Source of the DNA: Amphiscolops sp. MND2022
Taxonomy: Eukaryota
Assembly: GCA_964187785.1 (NCBI GenBank)
Contig: OZ076418.1
Location: forward strand, 14,384,001-14,448,000
Direction: 5' to 3'
Length of the DNA stretch: 64,000 bases
Under the pieces are notes generated by a model, which was not told the origin of the DNA, made no database searches, and saw only the letters and a program-made list of their open reading frames with translations. Below are positions 50,002-63,212 of this stretch, piece after piece. Position numbers and translations under genes: made by a program. Position 1 is the first letter of the stretch, and each line of letters opens with the position of its first letter.

Positions 50002-50736
50002 TCATGGGACGTACAGCTTTCCCGGGTTGATGGAAATGGAACGGCAGGTACTGGGGGTGCTCATTATTGTTGCTCTTTCCACTGAAATTGTTTTCTTTGC
50101 ATCCAAGTCATTCAGCGGGCTCATTGTCTGATGAACTGTTCTCCTTAATGGTCCAGGAGGCGTGACGAAATATGAGCTGGCATCTTCGCGAGCAACTTCT
50201 TCCAGATAATCCGCAATGACAACGCTTGTCATTGACTTGGGACTGGGGGCACAGTGTCCTTCTACAACGAACACTCCCGAGTTCGATCTGCTGTCGTCTT
50301 CATCTGGGCTCTCAGGGCTTTCTTTCATTGTGCTGTCAATAGATTTTGTCGATTTGATTGCAAGTTCCCCTGTTTCCAGTGATTCAAGTGTGGAGTTCAA
50401 ACGCATTCTTTTACAGTCTGCTTCTAGGGAATCTGCGGAAATATCGAAATAATCCTCCTCGTCTGCGACGGCTTCAGTGGGGGACAAAAAAGAGGTGTTC
50501 AGCACTACTCTGTTATTGGATATTGACTCTCTGGGAAGGGGAGTCGACTCTCTTTCTTGCATTTCTTCTTCGTCTTCGCTTGATGACGAGACGTCGAATA
50601 ATTCGTAAATGTCTAGGAGTTTGCTCATTTTCTGTTGGGAAACTCTTTTCTGCAGCTGCTGTAGGTATTTGATTGTTCCACAATGAGTTTTAGGATTATT
50701 TAGGATCAAGAAGAATATTGGGATAAATCCCTCCAT
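50002..50736 (-). CDS. E3 3' sense ORF (acidic, Ser-rich), positional analogue of ORF-X
   Basis: 244-aa ORF, LFDVSSSSEDEEE; stops 10 nt before the putative LTR start; no CxxC visible. Confidence 0.5.
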   Translation of the reverse strand: MEGFIPIFFLILNNPKTHCGTIKYLQQLQKRVSQQKMSKLLDIYELFDVSSSSEDEEEMQERESTPLPRESISNNRVVLNTSFLSPTEAVADEEDYFDISADSLEADCKRMRLNSTLESLETGELAIKSTKSIDSTMKESPESPDEDDSRSNSGVFVVEGHCAPSPKSMTSVVIADYLEEVAREDASSYFVTPPGPLRRTVHQTMSPLNDLDAKKTISVERATIMSTPSTCRSISINPGKLYVP

Positions 50737-53700
50737 TCCGATTGGTTGAACAATCGTTTTATTCCTTTTTTAATCCCAGGTGTTAGCGTTTTGCCAACGT
50801 CGCGTTTTCATTGGCTGCAAATTGAATAATTTGCCTGACCAATTTTGTCAACGTTATGTTGACGACAATTTCGCTAGCCTTCAACCAGCTTTGACTTCGT
50901 CACCGTTATGATTACGTCATTGTAAAATATAGGATTAGTTTTTACCCCTGATAACCTTTTTGTCGCCGAAACTTTCATTTTTGTCACCGTTATGAACGTC
51001 AATTTTCGGAAATGTTGTTTTCATCCTCGTGTTTTGCTTTCAGATTTCTTGCTGTTTCGACAATCGATTCTGATCCGAGTCGTCCTCGTGTGGGTCCCTG
51101 TGTTCAAAGCGGACACGAGACACAATACTTGTTTTCGGAGGGGGATATCCGCGAAAGCGATGCTGACCCCTTGTTTTCACAGCCTGCCGTTGGTAAGTTC
51201 ATCATTCCCCAATCCATTAGGCTTTTGTGAATAATGGTACTTTCAGATAAGCCTTTTCTGTTTAGCATTTTCACAGCTTAGATTTTCTGACGCGTCGATT
51301 TGGGAATGCTGTTTCAGCTTCTGTGCCAACGGTGTCTTCTCCTGCGTGCATTGCTCCTGCACTTGCTTCTCGGGTTTCCCTTCCAGCCGATTTGACTGAG
51401 GTTTCTGTCGAGCCTCTTGGAGAAGTAGTTGGGGTTTCTCGTGGAGGCCCTGATGGCTCCGTCAAGCCTGTCAAGGCTAGCTCTGCTGTCTGCCCTTCCG
51501 ATGATCTAGATGTGACTCTGAGGGCACTTGCACGGCAGCTTGGTTCTTCTTCTACTGCTGTTCCTCACGGAGGTGAGGGTTATCCCCCTCCTAGTTTTGC
51601 TGAGCGGGAAGGCGGTGAGCAGCATGGGACTTCTGATGGGACTGGTGGAGAGTTCCAGAAATCATCTCCACAATTCAGTGCTTTCCTGCCCGGTTTCGAG
51701 CGAACTTTTGGTGCTCAGGGATCTTCTCCAGTACCCAAGCGTGGTAAGTGTATTGTTTGGTTGTGATGTTATTCCTGGTTCTTTATGTTAGGAGTGTAGC
51801 GTTGGTAGTTGGTTGGTTTCTTGTGATGTATTTCTAATTGATGTTTTTTAAATTAGCTCGACTGGTGGCTTCTGGTGGCGAAACGTCTGTGAGCAATGAG
51901 GTGTGACAGCAGCTTCGTTCTGGCACTTCTCGAGGCACTGGCAGGGTCGTGCAATTCAGCGTGTGTAGCAGTGGTGAAGAGGGGTTGATGATTCAGTTTT
52001 GCCCCGTAGTTCAGCGCCCAAAGTAGGACGAGAAGTAACTATCGTCACTGATACGGAGGTTCATGCTGTGGATCCTTTTGTTGCCAGTAAGTTCAGTTTT
52101 TTGTTGGGTGGTGTAGGAATGTTTGTTGCAAGGGTTTTGTTATACTTGATTGAGAGGGAGGGATACGGGTGGTTATTGTAGAGGGTTTCCCGGACCAAGT
52201 TTGGGTTATACTTGTTGTTACAGAGTTTGAGAAGTTAATTAGACGAATGGAAATGGCACTGGATGATGCTTCTCGTAGTCGAAAACGAGTGTATGGCCCA
52301 CGACATCGACTGCGGCGTGATATGGTTGCTGGGCATCCCATTTTCGAGCTTTTCATCAGTGGGTCCAGTACCGGGTCAGATAAGCTTTCACTGCATGATC
52401 TGCCAGCGGGACGTGTCCATGGAGTCGCGGGGGCAGCCGAGTTTTCCTGACATTTATTTTGCAAGCGGCACTGGCCGCTCGTTGTGGCTTATCGAGTTCG
52501 AAACAGCATGCCTGTGTTCAATAGGCTGATGGATCCAATGGTGCTAAGTGAGAGTCAACTGGCAGAATATCGAGACTGGTCTTCTAAGGGCAAGGGTGAG
52601 GGATTTAGTTTTCCTGAGGATCTACTGCCAGCATGTACGCATGTCAAATCGAGTGTGCCACTGATCATGACGACGCCAAACAGGGAAATTTTGACTGCAA
52701 CAGATCTGTTGCAGTGTGGTGTGGATTCTTCACATCGATTAAATTACGTGGGTTTTCAAGAAATGAGGAAAGTGGAGTGAAACATTTTTCTGGATTCTTG
52801 CAATAATACCCGCATAACCTGCGAAGAACCGCTGAAACGAAAATTTCACGGTTTTCCTAAATTCTTGAAATTGTGTGGATTCTTTATTTTAGCAATTAAT
52901 AGTTTGCGGGGATTCTTCACTAATTAGGGCAATAAAACTTTTGTGGATTCTTGGAATTGTGTTGGTTTTTCATTTTAGCAATTATTAGTTTGGTGGATTC
53001 TTCACTATATAGGTTACTGAAGTTTTGTGGATTCTTCGCTTCGTGTGAATTTACAGTACTAAATTTTGTGGATTCTACGTTTCGTTCGGATTCACCATTA
53101 TACCAAAACAAGAGTATGAGCCCCAACTTCAGTTGTGGAGAAAGCATTTATCGGTGGAAAGAAAGTTCAAAAGTTCTCCTGTTTAAATATAAATATCTCA
53201 TATAACAAGAAGTTAAATTTGTTGGGAAGTTGGTTTCCAAGTTAGGTTTTAATTCTCAAATTACGTTCCCGGGGGAACCCGGGAAGGTTCTAAACGTCTC
53301 CTGTTTTCTTAAATAATTTTCTCACATGAAGAAACCTCATATCAAGAGTAATGAAACAGTAAATTTTGATACAACTCCAGGAGCGCTAAAATAAAATGTA
53401 TCAAACACCCCCCATGTTTGCCGTTTTTAACATGTAAAAATTTATCCCCAAACACCCCCCATTTTTGCCAGTTTCAAAAAACTTTACATCACGTGTAAGG
53501 AGAAGTTAACTTTAGAACGACTCCAGGAGCGTTCAAATAGAATGTATCAAATACCTCATCCATCCCCCTGTTTGCCAAATATGAAAAAAATTCATTTCAA
53601 TTTTAGGGAAACTGTTAATTTTGAAACGACTCCAGGACCGTACAAATTTAATGTATCAACCACCTCACCCAAAGTTTATATCAATTGTATAGAAAAAGTT

Positions 53701-54055
53701 AATTTTCTAACGACTCCAGGAGCGTTCAAAATGTTTCAATTATCGCACTGCACCCTGTTTGACAAATTCAAAAAAATTGTCATAACAATTATAATGAAAC
53801 AGTTGAACTGGTTGTAAAATTAACAATTGTTGAAAGACAACATTCGTTCCTCAAATTTTTTTCACCTACATGTAATGCTTGTTCAGTTACCATGAGGAAA
53901 TACATGTATTTAGCATGACACGCAAGTTTATGTTAGTCATTATGAATCAAATGGCGGCCTCGGCAATCGAAGTACATGTATTGAAGTTATTATTTCACCA
54001 GTGTAGCCACAAAACAGTTGCTTTACTTCGAACACTTGAATCCTGTTAATTGAGT

Positions 54056-54108
54056 TGATAACTCCAGTTGATAACTCCAGTTGATAACGCCAGTTGATAA
54101 CTCCAGTA
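54056..54108. repeat. 13-bp tandem repeat (GTTGATAACTCCA) x4
   Basis: Direct reading; one copy has a G/T variant. Confidence 0.9.
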
Positions 54109-54420
54109 CCGAAGCCTGATCAAATTCATCGAGCCTGAGCATTCATCAAATAAAGTAAGTTTTTATTTAAGTTTTTGTCATTGGAAATTTTATCAATCAA
54201 CAAAATTAAGAACTGTTACGAGTTTTTCATCCAAATTAGTACAAATAATGAAGATATAGAGTTTTGTTTTATATATTGAAAATCAAAATTTTTAAATGAA
54301 GTTGGTTACCAATGTTAAGCAATTTTTATAGAAGGTATACAGTGTATGGCATTTATTGAGAGGAGAGTAACATCACGAAGAGCCTTATACATGAATATAC
54401 ATTTAGTGTTGAAAATCGTA

Positions 54421-54810
54421 TATAAATTCAGCTGTCTTAACGCTCCTGGAGTCGTTATAGTTTTTAATGTTAGGCAAAAAATTAGCTGTCTTGGCGCTCC
54501 TGGAGTCGATAAAGTCTCTAAAATTATATATAAATTCAGCTGTTTTAACGCTCCAGGAGCGTTAAGACCGCTAATTTTGTATATATCATTCAAAACTTTA
54601 ACGACTCTCGGACCTGGGCCAGGAGCGTTATAACAGCTAACTTTATATATAATATTCAAAACTTTAACGCTTCCAGGAGCGTTAAGACAGCTAAATTTAT
54701 ATATGATTTTATAGACTTTAACGACTCCAGGAGCCTTAAGACAGCTAAAGTTATATGAAACAATCAAAATTTCAACGATTCCAGAAGCGTTAAGACAGCT
54801 AATTTTTTGA
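54421..54810. repeat. ~60-bp degenerate array whose orientation inverts at 54555
   Basis: Two units CAGCTGTCTTAACGCTCCTGGAGTCG, a central hairpin TTAACGCTCC-A-GGAGCGTTAA, then four units AACGACTCCAGGAGCGTTAAGACAGCTAA. Confidence 0.85.
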
Positions 54811-54989
54811 GACCATATTACACAAACTACCAAAGTCAGATGACTTAAAGCGTGGTCGCATAGAAATACTGCCAATGTCAATGATAAAATATTGATCGTT
54901 TTATATTTGATGAGTTTTTTATTTCGAAACTATAACGACTCCAGGAGTGTTAAGAAAGATATTTATTCGAAATTAATCAAACACTTTTT

Positions 54990-55571
54990 TAAAATCCAGG
55001 AAATGCCGCTCAAGAAGTGCCCCAAATTCTCCTACCAGACATAGAAAATCTTTAATTTCAACCGCTTGTTGGAAAATGCACAGGTGTTGAGACCGAACAG
55101 GTCGAAGCCAAAGGAAGTGGTCACTTTTCTTGAGACAATTATCTGCTGCAATGTCTAGTGTCAACTAAGGATGCCCTCAAAAGGCATCAACGGACTGAAA
55201 GCTGCGCTAAGAGGGCAATGGAGCTGGCAGAAGGTCTTTCCTCGCCTCTGAGGAAATACAGTTGAGTATAGAAAACTTATGCTACGCAAAAACATGCTCG
55301 GTACAGTAAATAACTGCTCACATCAAACTTGTCTTTTTATCGTTTGATAATTGTCCTGGCGAAGTAGAAACGTACCGCCTATTATGAAAATTTTCTTAGA
55401 AGGCGATGCGATGCTATAGTACATATCTTTTAATGTTTCAGATACTGTAACGGGGACGTTGAAAAGCAAACGTGTGACACGTGTGGTCAGGAGTTTTCTT
55501 CCCGCAGCAACTTGCTGAGGCACCTTGATCGAGCTGCCCATCCTATGGCGAGATGGCAAGCAGAATGCTGA
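54990..55571 (+). pseudogene. C2H2 zinc-finger gene remnant inside the TIR element
   Basis: Not in the ORF track: 55473-55541 CDTCGQEFSSRSNLLRHLDRAAH after a TTTCAG acceptor (55441); a finger-like ...STKDALKRHQRTESC near 55150-55210. Confidence 0.6.
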
Positions 55572-58500
55572 AGGCCTGGTGATTCCACATGTCCCCAAGG
55601 AAGCAGCGACACAGTTTTTGCCCTTAGCAGAGCACATGCTTCGTTACAGGGCTAAACCTGATGTCCCCATTGCAGCAAAGTCTGCAAAACTTAATAAGTT
55701 GAAATCAGAAACTTTAATTCATGGATAACATACTTTTTTGAAATTTTGAATATGTATACAAACCTTGTTCGTTTCCGTATAAAAGTTTTCTGACCTTATA
55801 TTGGCGTACGTCATGGAGAAACAAGGGAAACACTGGAATAAAGTTTTATTAAAAGTCAAAAGTGGATTCAAAAAATTGAAAAGTACACATGCAGGACGCT
55901 TGAAGGGAAAGATATTTTGTCTTCGATTTTCAGAGTTTGAGCTTTTTCAAATAGAATTAGAATTCTATTCATGAATGTATACATAAATATTGGAACCAAG
56001 AATCCACAAAAAATTACAATCATATTGAGCTTCAAAATCATGAACGATTGCCTTCAAAGTAATTTTGCAATGGTTTGTCATCCAGCGCTAGATTCTTCAC
56101 AACATGTTTAAATATTGTTTTCTCAATTCTACTTTGCTTATGCAACCAATTTGAAATTGTTTCAGCGGCGACATTTGACCAGAGAAGAACATCTGGCAGA
56201 GCAGCGCGCGGGGCCATAAGCAGCCAAAAAAGATCTGTTCCCGGTGAATGTCATCGACATCACTCTTGGCCATGAGGTGATTAAATTCATTGTAATATTT
56301 TGTATATCATACTTTTATCCGTTTTTAAATGTTTTTGTCACTGTTGGTATGAATGAATTACTATGTAGCAATAATTATACCTCGGAAACAATTAGGATAG
56401 ACTCGGTACTTAAATTTAGATATTTTCACCACCCAATGCCGTGAAAAAGCCGCAGTAGACTCATTTGCGGAATCGAAGTTGGCAGCCGGGGTTGAAAACG
56501 GGTTCGTGACGCAGAGCACTTGGAATTACCTGCTGCTTTCGAACGACCAGTGTGTGACCCCCTGGCACATAGATTTTGCCAGTACCTGCTTCTTTTATGT
56601 GGTTCTCCTTGGGGAAAAATTGTCAGGCTCGTCGAGCCAACGAGGAACAATTTGAGGATCTTCGAGCAGTATAGCGAGAAAGACCCAAGAAGCTTGTAAG
56701 ATAATATTTCTTGTAAAAAAAACATTTGCCCCCCACAGAAACATGATTTCTGAGAAAAACAGCCAAATGAAACGTCGAGCCATTTTTCATCAAACACCGT
56801 CTTTGTAATAATGTGTGTCATTTAGATCAACAATCGTCGGGGACCTGGATGAGTTGGAGGGCGGAAGTTGTCACAGGATCCTTGCAAGGGCAGTTGACGC
56901 CGTCATTTTACCGTCGAAATGGATTCACTGTGTCCTCGTCCATGGCAACTCCGTGGCACTAGGTGCCAATTTCCTTTGCTGTGGACGCAGTGATTTAATT
57001 GTCGCTGCCCATTTTGACGAGGACGAGGATACACGGTAAATATCGTACCAAATACAAACACATATTCAAACGTTTTAACCTGTAACGACTCCGGGAGCAT
57101 TTTTGCGAATAAGCTGAGAAATGGTATATAACAGCTTCTCCATATTTCTGCGTAACATGAAACGACTCTCGGAGCATTTTAAGGGATCAATATTCCGATT
57201 TGCATTTTTACAAATGTGTCGCTTCTGATCACGTACTATAACTTAACGTTAATCCAACCTCTAATTACTTAATAACCATATAATACAAAAAACTCCAATT
57301 AGCTGTGTTAACTGTTGATATCCTGACGAGCCCTTTGAAGCTGATGATCTGTCTCAGGCAGTTGATGACCTGACTCTGCTCACGCGGGAGATCATGGATT
57401 CACCCCGGCCAATCCCCAGCTACCAGAGAGCCAACCGTTGTTAACTAAATCGTTTAGCTAAAAACAATGTAACGTGCATTAAATTTTCGTTCCAATCTAT
57501 ACACTCGCTCGTGGAGTCGTTACAGCTAACTTCAGTCGTCCGAACGACCACACTCTTGTGTTTGCTTTCGCTTCCGGAGTCGTTAAATTGGATTTCAGTC
57601 ATTCGAAGGTCCCCTCGTTAATCATTAAACCCTCTGTTTAAAAGTCTTCTTTTGAAAATAGTATTCTTTCCTAAATCCGCTTCAACTATTGCCTGTGTTA
57701 CTGTTTCAGATTTGGACCTCAAACAAAGCAGTTCGTGTCCTCCTCTCTAACCGTGCAGCCCTGGAAGCAATCTGATTTTAGCAGATTCAGGGACATTGCT
57801 GCAATTGCTCCGTCAGCACTCGAATTTAACTGTGCAAACTGAAATTACTTCGATTAGAGATTTCTATTTACTAGAGAGATTAGAAAATATAAAAAGATTC
57901 GAGAATAAAATTTTGTAACACTTTTTTTATTCTGGAGTCGCAGCCTGTAGCATTATCGTTGTGAAAAATCCGTAAAAGGTACAACTAAATTCAAGGAAAA
58001 CTACCCTTAAATTAAACATACACATGTTTTATCCAATGCGCAGCTACGAGAGAGGTAACCGTTGTTAACTAAAGCTTTTAGCTAAAAACCATGTAATGTT
58101 CATCAAAATTTTGTTCAAACCTGTACACTCGCCCCCGGAGTCGTTACAGCTGACTTTAGTCGTCCATTTCGTTTTTGCACTACCAATATTATTGTCTGAA
58201 TTCTTCCGTCAAAATAGCGGCACTTTAAAGTTCACTTTGTCCTCATTACTAGAAAACACATTTTGGTAGTCGCAAAAGCCAATTTTCCTCAATTCTTGAA
58301 AATACCAAAGTTCCCTGTTTGGCGTCGTATTGATGATCATGGTCAATTGTCTGGTTGAACTGTTGCGCTCCGGAGGGAGTTACACGCTGTTACGGAGATT
58401 GTGGGGAAGTTTCCGAGCCACTTTGGGTCGTGACAGTCCCCTTTACAGTTTGAATTGGAGTCAAGCTGAGTCGTTAGTTAGTTGTAGTTTCCTTAGTGTC

Positions 58501-60999
58501 TTCTCCTCTTTTCTCTTCCGTTTTCTCTCCCTTTTTGTTGATTAGTGGCCTTACGTTATGTGTATTGGGCTGTATTATGTTCAGTTTAATTTGTGTTTTA
58601 GTCGTTGATTTGTCGTGCACTATTTCCGCGGGCCTTACGTTTGCTGATTGCCCGCATCTCAGCTTTCCGGTAGAACAGCGTATTCTTTGTGGAGGATGAC
58701 AAGTCGCAGAAGTGTTTCGTACAGACGTGGGATGACCATAGCTTGATGAACGTTTGTGTCTGGGTGGAGCCTCTGGGGCAGATAATTCCAAAAGCAGAGT
58801 TGTCTGGGCTGTCATTGATCGTCGACAGTACGTCGCCATGCCAGTTGCCTCTCTCTTATCATGGGGGCAGTCCCACTCTTGTGCGCGTTTTCAGCGAGAA
58901 TCGGTCGACGACCGAAATTTCGTTGTGTTCCGAGAGTTCAACGTGGACGTGTTCCTGCATTGCTTTCGGGTCGCCTATCAGGAGACGTTTGGAGGTCTGG
59001 AGGTGACAACAATGGTCAACTTCTTGATCCTTCGTCTGCGGAGTGCTTTACAGGAATCCTGGCTGGAAGATGCGACTGCACTGTGTCGATGTGTCACTGC
59101 TGGACGGGTTTCCTTCGATGGTCTTTGTGAGGTCGTGAGGGATTTGATCTCTGTGTGGCGTTCCGTGCGAAAGTTCATCAAAGACAGTGCTCCACGACAT
59201 CTCAAGCCTGAGACTGGCAGGGTAATTTGTTTTGTTTATTTTCACTTTTGATTTTTGTCAGATTGTGGGTGAGGCTTTATGTGGTCTTGTCCTTTTTCAT
59301 TGTTCTTCGACTGTTTTTGGGTGCCGTCGTGTTTTGATTTTTTTCTGTAGTAATTTAGGGTATTAGGTCTTGTAATACTCACGATCGTCATTGATTGTTA
59401 TAGATGCGAGGTACAGACTGGACTGTATATTCTGATTGTATCGGTGAACTGCGCTTGGGCTTCTGCTGCACATCCTTGAGCTATATCACTGTTCGTTCAA
59501 GAAGCAGTTGTCCAGTCGATCAGATTACAGTTTCCACTTTTATTTGGAAGTGTGTCAATTTGTGTACTGTTTGTTGTCTCGCACCCGAAAAACTGTTTCT
59601 CTTCCTGAGCTGAACAATTGGGAGGAAAATATAGACGAGCAGAGGGTTGATGAGTCTGAGAACGTTGCTGCTTCCGACTTCTTGCACAATCATTCCTTTG
59701 GTACTGTTTTGCCAAGCCGTGAAGATAGTGATGGCCGAGCCTTCCGGGAACTGTGCATGAAATTTATGGATCGTCTAGTTGATGCGCTTCTTGCACAGCA
59801 ATCTGTGACTGAAGAGTTTTCGTGTGGGCTTTATGCCTTCTGCCCTGAATTGCTGTTTTGCTGTTGGAGGGCGACGACTATTGTATGCTGGAGCTCTTCC
59901 GAAAATTGCTCCATGTGTTGGAATCAAGCAGTTGTGTCACAGCGTTGGAATTTGGAATTGAGAACCGCTGTCGAAGAGTATTCGACTTTTGTTGTGGATG
60001 CCTGAAAACGTCACATGAGGTGTGGATGTACCGCGGCAGATATCTCTGATGTTAGGCAGTACTTGTTGTCTGATTATAGTTTCTTGTCGCGGAAGGCTCT
60101 ATGTCGCGTCTTTAAATTGTGCTGTTTGGTCGTCTTGAAGCCCCGTAGCGATTTCCCTGTCGTGGATATTGTGTCTGTTGATTGTGGAGTGCCAGAGTGG
60201 GTGGTGGCCACATGTGTGTGTGTTGTGCTGATTTAGTAGTGTTTCGTGTGCTGATTTTAAATTGAGTACATTCTTTATCAAGTTCACCATGAATGAAGTT
60301 CGGGATTCAATTGATGCTGCTCAGTCGTTCATGTCGCAAGTGGACTTCGATCCATGGGCTGAGATCTGTAGTGGTGGTCAAGCAGCTTTTGTGGAGCCCT
60401 ATACAGATTTATTCAACGCGCGATTGAATCGTAAAAAGGGTGGTGTTTCCCAGCAGGTTAGCACCTTCGATTAATCCAGTCGACGTGTGCGACTTGATGG
60501 GGACGATGGTATTTCTGCGGCTGTTCTTTCGGATAGTGATGCATCAGCGGTATCTGCACCTCCTGTGTCTAGTTCAAGTGTTTCGAGTTCCTTCAGGCAG
60601 AGTAAGACGCCAATTCATAGCAGTTTGGCTTCCTTGCTGGGGCGAAAGAAATATGCATCAAAGAGTGGTGGTCGAATCGGGGAAAACCCAAAAAGGAGTT
60701 CAAAAGGCCTAGGCCTGCTACCAAGAGTGGAGGTTCAAGCTCAAAAAAGAATTGAAGGCCGCTTTTGAACTGTTTTCAAAATTTGTTGTAGTGTAGATTT
60801 TATTTTTATCTGTTTCCGTGTTAACACAATTGGTTGTAGTTTGTTGTTGAGGAAGATAGGCGGTAGAAATCGGAGAGAAAAAAGAAAAATCAGTAAGTTT
60901 TGGGGCCGTAGTATGCCTCTTAATTGAAAATCTTCACATCGGTTCGGTCTGAACTCTTGATACCATCTTTTCCATTTTTAGTGAGTCGTAGTCATGGCG

Positions 61000-63201
61000 T
61001 CAAGTCGTCTGAAGTCAGGATTAGCATTAGGTTTAGGATTAGGTCTCAAGTTGTACTTTGCTATTTTTCTCGGGTTATATCCGACAGTTGTAGGCGGTGA
61101 TCTTGGAGGATTAGGTGGGCTTTCATTTGGTGAGGGGGGCGTCGTATGTAAGGATTATCCCCTGCGTCTGTAGTAAGATTCGAAAAATCCGGGGACGGCA
61201 GTGCTGCGTCATTCGTGTCTTCTGACTGGTTGTCCGGTACTTGTTGCGTCGTCGTTGCGGCATGATTATTAGTCACACTATTTGTTGCTTGTTATTTGTA
61301 ACTTCCGACGTTTCGTGTTCGTCGATATGCTTTCCGAAATTCATTTCCCACGATACCGCGTACCACTCATTGTGCGACACCTTGACATCTGGGTCAGGAA
61401 GATATTCGTTTGCTCGTACTGTTATGTCAGGCATACGTTGTTCTGGCACATAAGGTCGTATGCGTATTCTGTGTAGTGTTTGTGATTTTCTCGTCCCATT
61501 TTTTCGTATTGTGTAGTTATTATTTGAGAGCACTTTTGCTACTATGTACGGTCCTGTCCAGATACCATGTTGAAATGCAAATTTTGTCGATTTATTGTCG
61601 GCTTTAGGATTAAGAATGTAGCAGTAATCAATTATTTTGAGTGGGGCTGCAGCCGCTTTGCGGTCGTAGTATTTTTTGTATTTGAGATACGACAGCATAA
61701 TGTTGTCCTTTGCTGTCGCTCGCACTTCGTCAATTTGTTTTTGTAGCTGCTCTGCTACTTCTGAGTTGGGTGTAGTTTTCCACTTTGGCTTGATGCCTAG
61801 TTTTAGGTCAAAGACATTGTAGGGTATGCGTCCGTGGAATACCGTGGATGGTTCGCAGCCTAGAGTTTCATGATACGTTGTGTTATAGTTCATGACTGCA
61901 ATTTGGACATATTTGTGCCACATTGAGCGTCTTTCACCCGTCGATATTTAAGTGCGGTTTTGATTGGAGCATGTGTTTTTTTTCCAAAATTCCAATCGTT
62001 TGTGCATGTTTCGTAGAGGCGTGGCTGATTTGGATTTCGAGTATTTGCGTTATTTCTGCAACGACTTCGGATCTGAATTGTGAGCCTTTGTCTGATAAAA
62101 TCAGAGTTGGTAGGTATGTGTGTTTCGTCATGTCGTCGACAATACATCGTCCTATTGTCTTTGCTGTGGCATTCTGCGTTGGATACGCGAATAAGTGGCG
62201 TGAAAATACATCGATTATTGTTACGATGTTTTGGTATCCTGCGGAATTCGATAGGTTTGGTAGTATGTCTATTTCTAGGATATCTTCTGGTCCCAAGACA
62301 TATTCCGTATTGTTGATCATTTTTGGTCTGATCTGATTTTTGTTGATTCGTTTGTACTTGATGCAGTCTCCGCATTGCATTACCCATTGTTTTATTCTTT
62401 TTGCTAATTCTGGGTAATAATATTTTGATCTGCATTCTTGGATCATTTTTGTGATCCCTGGATATTTTCCCATTTGCCCATGGATAGCTTTCAGAAGTTC
62501 TGTGATCAGGTGTTCGGGGATTAATATTTGGTGGTGTGTGACTTGTCCACATTCCCCATAGTGTTTGCGCAAAAGTGTGCCGTCTTTGACTATTAGTCTA
62601 TTGTCGTGGACTAAAAGACGTTTGGCTCTCGGAGCAGGTTGTATGAGTTGTTTGTCATATTCTTCACATAACAGTTTCTTTTTGATTGCTCTGAAGACTA
62701 TGTCTGTGTCTTGTTCCACTCTCATACGTGCGTCTTCTTCTATTGCCCCAAAGGTGTATGATGCTATGTTTATCGGAGTTGGGGTGGTTTCTTGTATGGC
62801 CAGTTTTATTTTTGTCGTCACTTCAACGCGCGCAGTTTGTTTAGCTTGTTCTTTCTGCAAAAGGATTTCCTCCTCAGTTTCGATTGTTTCATCTGGAATG
62901 AAGAAAAATTGTTCTTCATCTGCGACGTCTGTAGATTGCAGGTTTACTTGGATTGGACGAATTGTGATGTCATCTCTAATCTTTAGTTCGACTCTTTCTT
63001 TGGGGTTGAGGTCAATCCTTGATAGAAAATCAGCCGCTGTGTTTTGCGTTCCTGCTTCGTGCATGATGTGAAAATTGTGTTGTACGTAACCACATGCATT
63101 CCATAGTGTGGGGGAATCGCTTTTGTTTAGAAAAACCTCGATACTGATCTGTTGTCGGTCATTACAAGAGTTGGTAGAGTTGTTTCCCACAAGATATGTG
63201 T
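61000..63201 (-). pseudogene. pol: E3 RNase H / integrase, frameshifted
   Basis: NTAADFLSR, HGQMGKYPG...CGDC, EIDILPNL...ILSDKGSQF, GCEPSTVFHGRIPYN. Confidence 0.92.
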
Positions 63202-63212
63202 GGACGAAACCA

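Larger units (their letters stand above)
52670..58328. mobile_element. 5659-bp TIR DNA-transposon-like element, superfamily unassigned
   Basis: Perfect 18-bp TIRs ACGACGCCAAACAGGGAA / TTCCCTGTTTGGCGTCGT; removing it restores the cargo reading frame; TSD ambiguous (TGATCATG on both sides, offset by 5 nt on the right). Confidence 0.85.
50990..60770 (+). pseudogene. E3 antisense cargo gene (BED-finger / hAT-like), spliced, decayed and split by the TIR element
   Basis: FHCMICQRDVSMESRG finger near 52390; SSVPLIM|VNCLVELLRSGG joins across the insertion; donors GTTAGT 58477 and GTAATT 59222; FRELCMKFMDRL, RVFKLCCL, DFDPW. Confidence 0.72.
49740..63201 (-). mobile_element. E3: decayed Ty3/Gypsy element (RNase H, integrase, antisense cargo gene, 3' ORF, partial 3' LTR), interrupted by a TIR element; 5' part missing
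   Basis: Pol breaks at 63201 (HILWETTLPTLVMTDNRSV); integrase ends KYNLRPNP near 61040; cargo homologue at 51000-60770; putative LTR start TGTCACAG at 49992. Confidence 0.8.

Noticed and set aside
54315-54881. 188-aa and 95-aa ORFs as genes
   Set aside because: They are translations of the ~60-bp repeat array (repeating CLNAPG/TTPGAL).
56075-57180. Transposase in the right half of the TIR element
   Set aside because: Only short stop-interrupted frames; no DDE or other motif recognisable by eye.
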